DNA of 64,000 nucleotides from Candidatus Poribacteria bacterium (GTDB lineage Bacteria; Poribacteria; WGA-4E; PCPOR2b): NCBI GenBank assembly GCA_965218095.1, contig OZ244587.1, positions 3,232,001 to 3,296,000 of the forward strand, read 5' to 3'. Shown piece by piece: positions 61,766 to 64,000 of this stretch (position 1 is its first letter; each line of letters starts with the position of its first letter). The notes under the pieces were generated by a model. It saw only the letters and a program-made list of their open reading frames with translations, ran no database searches and was not told where the DNA came from. The position numbers and the translations under genes were made by a program.

Positions 61766-64000
61766 ATGTCAGAATATTCGGTTATTGGCAAAAGGCTACC
61801 AAGGGTTGATGCACTCGAAAAAGTGACGGGTGCGGCACAGTACGGGGCAGACGTTCAACTGCCTGGTATGCTTCACGGGAAGTTTGTTCGTAGTAAACAC
61901 CCGCATGCGAAGATCCTTCGCATCGATATGAGTGAAGCCGAAAAACTACCGGGTGTGCGAGCCATTGTGACACAGGAAGATGTTGAGAGTGGTCGAAGGG
62001 TCTTTGCTTCGGACAAGGCGCTTTATCTCGGCGAACCGATTGCAGCCGTTGCGGCAACCGATCCGGACATCGCAGAGGAAGCCGCCGACCTCGTTAAGAT
62101 CGACTACGAAGTGCTGTCCGTCGTTCAGGACGTGACGGCAGCAATTAAGTCCTCTGCACCACGTCTGCACAGCGATGATACGAAAGATGGTCCAACTCGT
62201 CGAGCAATTAGAGCCAAACTGAAAAAGCTTGAGGACGACCAATCACAAGAGCACGGTGCAGAGGTCGCAGCGTTAAATGCGCAGTTGGGAGATCTGCAAG
62301 ACGAGATTTACTACAACATCTCGGCCGAAACACACTCAGCGATTGGCGATGCCGAAAAAGGCTTCGCCGAATCAAATCTTGTCGTCGAAGACACATACAT
62401 CATTCCGCGCGTCCATCAGACCTACATGGAGCCGCACGTCTCTGTTGCCGATGTCGATTCCACCGGCAAAGTCACGGTGTGGGCAAGCACGCAGGGACCT
62501 TTCGCTATCCGATCCGGCATTGCGGGGACGCTTGGTATTTCGCTTAATCAGATTAACGTGATCGCAACAACAATGGGCGGTGGATTTGGTGGACGGTTCG
62601 GCGTTGCACTCACGCATGTGCCTGCTGTGCTACTGTCGCAGAAGACGGGGCGCCCGGTGAAGCTCCAGATGAGCCGTGAAGAGGAGTTTATCGATGGCCG
62701 TCCGGCGCCGGGGTGCGTAGTTAAGCTGAAGACAGGTGTAACGAATGATGGTCGCATCCTCGCCCGTCAAGCCCTTGCATTCTGGGATTCCGGTTCCGTA
62801 TCTGGTGCCTCAATCGGTAGTACCATCCGTGTGCGCGGCGTCTATAAAATCCCGCACCTGAAAGTTGATGCGTATGGCGTCTACACAAACAAGTCTGGGA
62901 CAGCCGCCTATCGCGCGCCGGGCACACCACAGGTGGCCTTCGCCGGCGAATCTCAGCTTGATGACATTGCACGCCAACTTGGCATGGATGCGGTTGAATT
63001 CCGACTCAAAAACATGCGTGGAGAGGGCGATCCGATCCCCGGCGGTGGCCAACGGGGCGGATTAAAAGAACCGAAGGTCGGTTATAAGGAAACCCTGAAA
63101 GCTGTCGCCGATGCGGTTGATTGGAAGAATCGGATGAAGGGACCGAATCAAGGCTGGGGCGTGGCGATTGGCGATTGGACAAATGGCTGTGGCCCCGGTG
63201 GGATGTACGTCTCTATCCACGAAGATGGGAGCGCTCGAATCTTCCACGGCTCGATAGACATCACCGGCACAGATACAGCGCTTGCCCAGATCGTTGCTGA
63301 AATTTTGACACTTCCTTATGATAAGGTCGCAATCACTCGCGGCGATACCGACTCCGCGCCTTACGCGACCGGCTCTGGCGGCAGCGTCGTGACTTTTACG
63401 ATGGGCAACACCGCCAAAATCGCGGCTGAAGATACGTGCAAACGTCTCCTTGAGCTCGCCGCTGAAAGGCTGAACATGTCGATTGATGACCTCGAACTCA
63501 AAGACGGAAAGGTATCCACGATTGTCGGTGATCCGCCGAAATCCATCAGACTTGGGGAGTTGGCTGCATACAGCCTGTCAACAACGGGTGGCCCAATCGT
63601 TGGCAAAGGTTCATTCGCACGGAAACCGACCACGCCTGCCCTTGCCGCACAAATCGCTAAGGTCGAGGTCGATAAAGAGACCGGCAGAATCAAGGTCCTG
63701 AAGATGGCTTCCTCACAGGATGTCGGCTTCGCTATTAACCCGATGTCAGTTGAGGGGCAGATCGAGGGCGGCACAGTGCAAGGCTACGCCTGGGCGACCA
63801 TGGAGGAGATGCAGTATGACGAGAGCGGTAACGTGAATCCGGGCTTCGTCGATTATCGTGTGCCGACCTCCGCAGATCTTCCCATCGTGGAGTCCATCAT
63901 CGTTGAAGTTGAGGCGCCCAACGGCCCATTCGGCGCGAAGGGTGTCGGTGAACCACCCATCACGCCGACCCTGGCAGCGATGGCTAACGCGGTTGCCGAT
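61766..64000 (+). CDS. Xanthine dehydrogenase/CoxL-family molybdopterin-binding subunit (partial, runs off window end)
   Basis: Manual translation: MSEYSVIGKRLPRVDALEKVTGAAQY, 'HQTYMEPH', 'MGGGFGGR', 'AYRAPG', 'QDVGFAINP..VEGQIEGG', 'GPFGAKGVGEP'. Confidence 0.93.
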   Translation, partial: MSEYSVIGKRLPRVDALEKVTGAAQYGADVQLPGMLHGKFVRSKHPHAKILRIDMSEAEKLPGVRAIVTQEDVESGRRVFASDKALYLGEPIAAVAATDPDIAEEAADLVKIDYEVLSVVQDVTAAIKSSAPRLHSDDTKDGPTRRAIRAKLKKLEDDQSQEHGAEVAALNAQLGDLQDEIYYNISAETHSAIGDAEKGFAESNLVVEDTYIIPRVHQTYMEPHVSVADVDSTGKVTVWASTQGPFAIRSGIAGTLGISLNQINVIATTMGGGFGGRFGVALTHVPAVLLSQKTGRPVKLQMSREEEFIDGRPAPGCVVKLKTGVTNDGRILARQALAFWDSGSVSGASIGSTIRVRGVYKIPHLKVDAYGVYTNKSGTAAYRAPGTPQVAFAGESQLDDIARQLGMDAVEFRLKNMRGEGDPIPGGGQRGGLKEPKVGYKETLKAVADAVDWKNRMKGPNQGWGVAIGDWTNGCGPGGMYVSIHEDGSARIFHGSIDITGTDTALAQIVAEILTLPYDKVAITRGDTDSAPYATGSGGSVVTFTMGNTAKIAAEDTCKRLLELAAERLNMSIDDLELKDGKVSTIVGDPPKSIRLGELAAYSLSTTGGPIVGKGSFARKPTTPALAAQIAKVEVDKETGRIKVLKMASSQDVGFAINPMSVEGQIEGGTVQGYAWATMEEMQYDESGNVNPGFVDYRVPTSADLPIVESIIVEVEAPNGPFGAKGVGEPPITPTLAAMANAVAD

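Noticed and set aside
194-63774. Numerous antisense or alternate-frame ORFs in the ORF track overlapping confident genes (e.g. 6093-6560, 25602-26294, 54440-55048, 63361-63774)
   Set aside because: Shadow ORFs of real genes with no motifs or RBS.
61766-64000. Aerobic CO dehydrogenase (coxL) assignment
   Set aside because: The active-site loop is AYRAPG rather than AYRCSFR; substrate unknown.

Overview
Bacterial chromosomal segment of about 50% GC. It most likely belongs to Candidatus Poribacteria, inferred from secreted proteins ending in 'LLPNYPNPFNPETWIPYQLA...RKMIILK' and 'KMVTTWGGLK' tails. Housekeeping and metabolic genes include two ammonium transporters, trmB, holA, a MacAB-like efflux set, rpoZ, tRNA-Glu and tRNA-Gln, yigZ, a GcvH-like protein, SDRs, a GguC/AraD1 protein, a probable CUAEP-tail radical SAM selenoprotein and a Mo-hydroxylase large subunit. 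These are interleaved with many pseudogenes and REP-like palindromes. The most unusual region is a ~12.4 kb type III restriction-modification island (44.1-56.6 kb) bounded by direct repeats. In it the 5' end of the mod gene occurs three times. The two truncated copies each carry a near-identical sigma70 promoter and a homologous reverse ORF, followed by different defence-type cargo (ImmA/IrrE + DUF4411 PIN, or a ClpP-like protease), which looks like a cassette array built on the mod 5' end. Other highlights are an IS5 whose frameshift site appears fixed in frame by a 16-bp duplication, a REP translated inside the res gene, a UGA plus SECIS-like readthrough, and a deleted toxin next to an intact putative immunity gene. 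All calls come from reading the sequence by eye; no searches were run.
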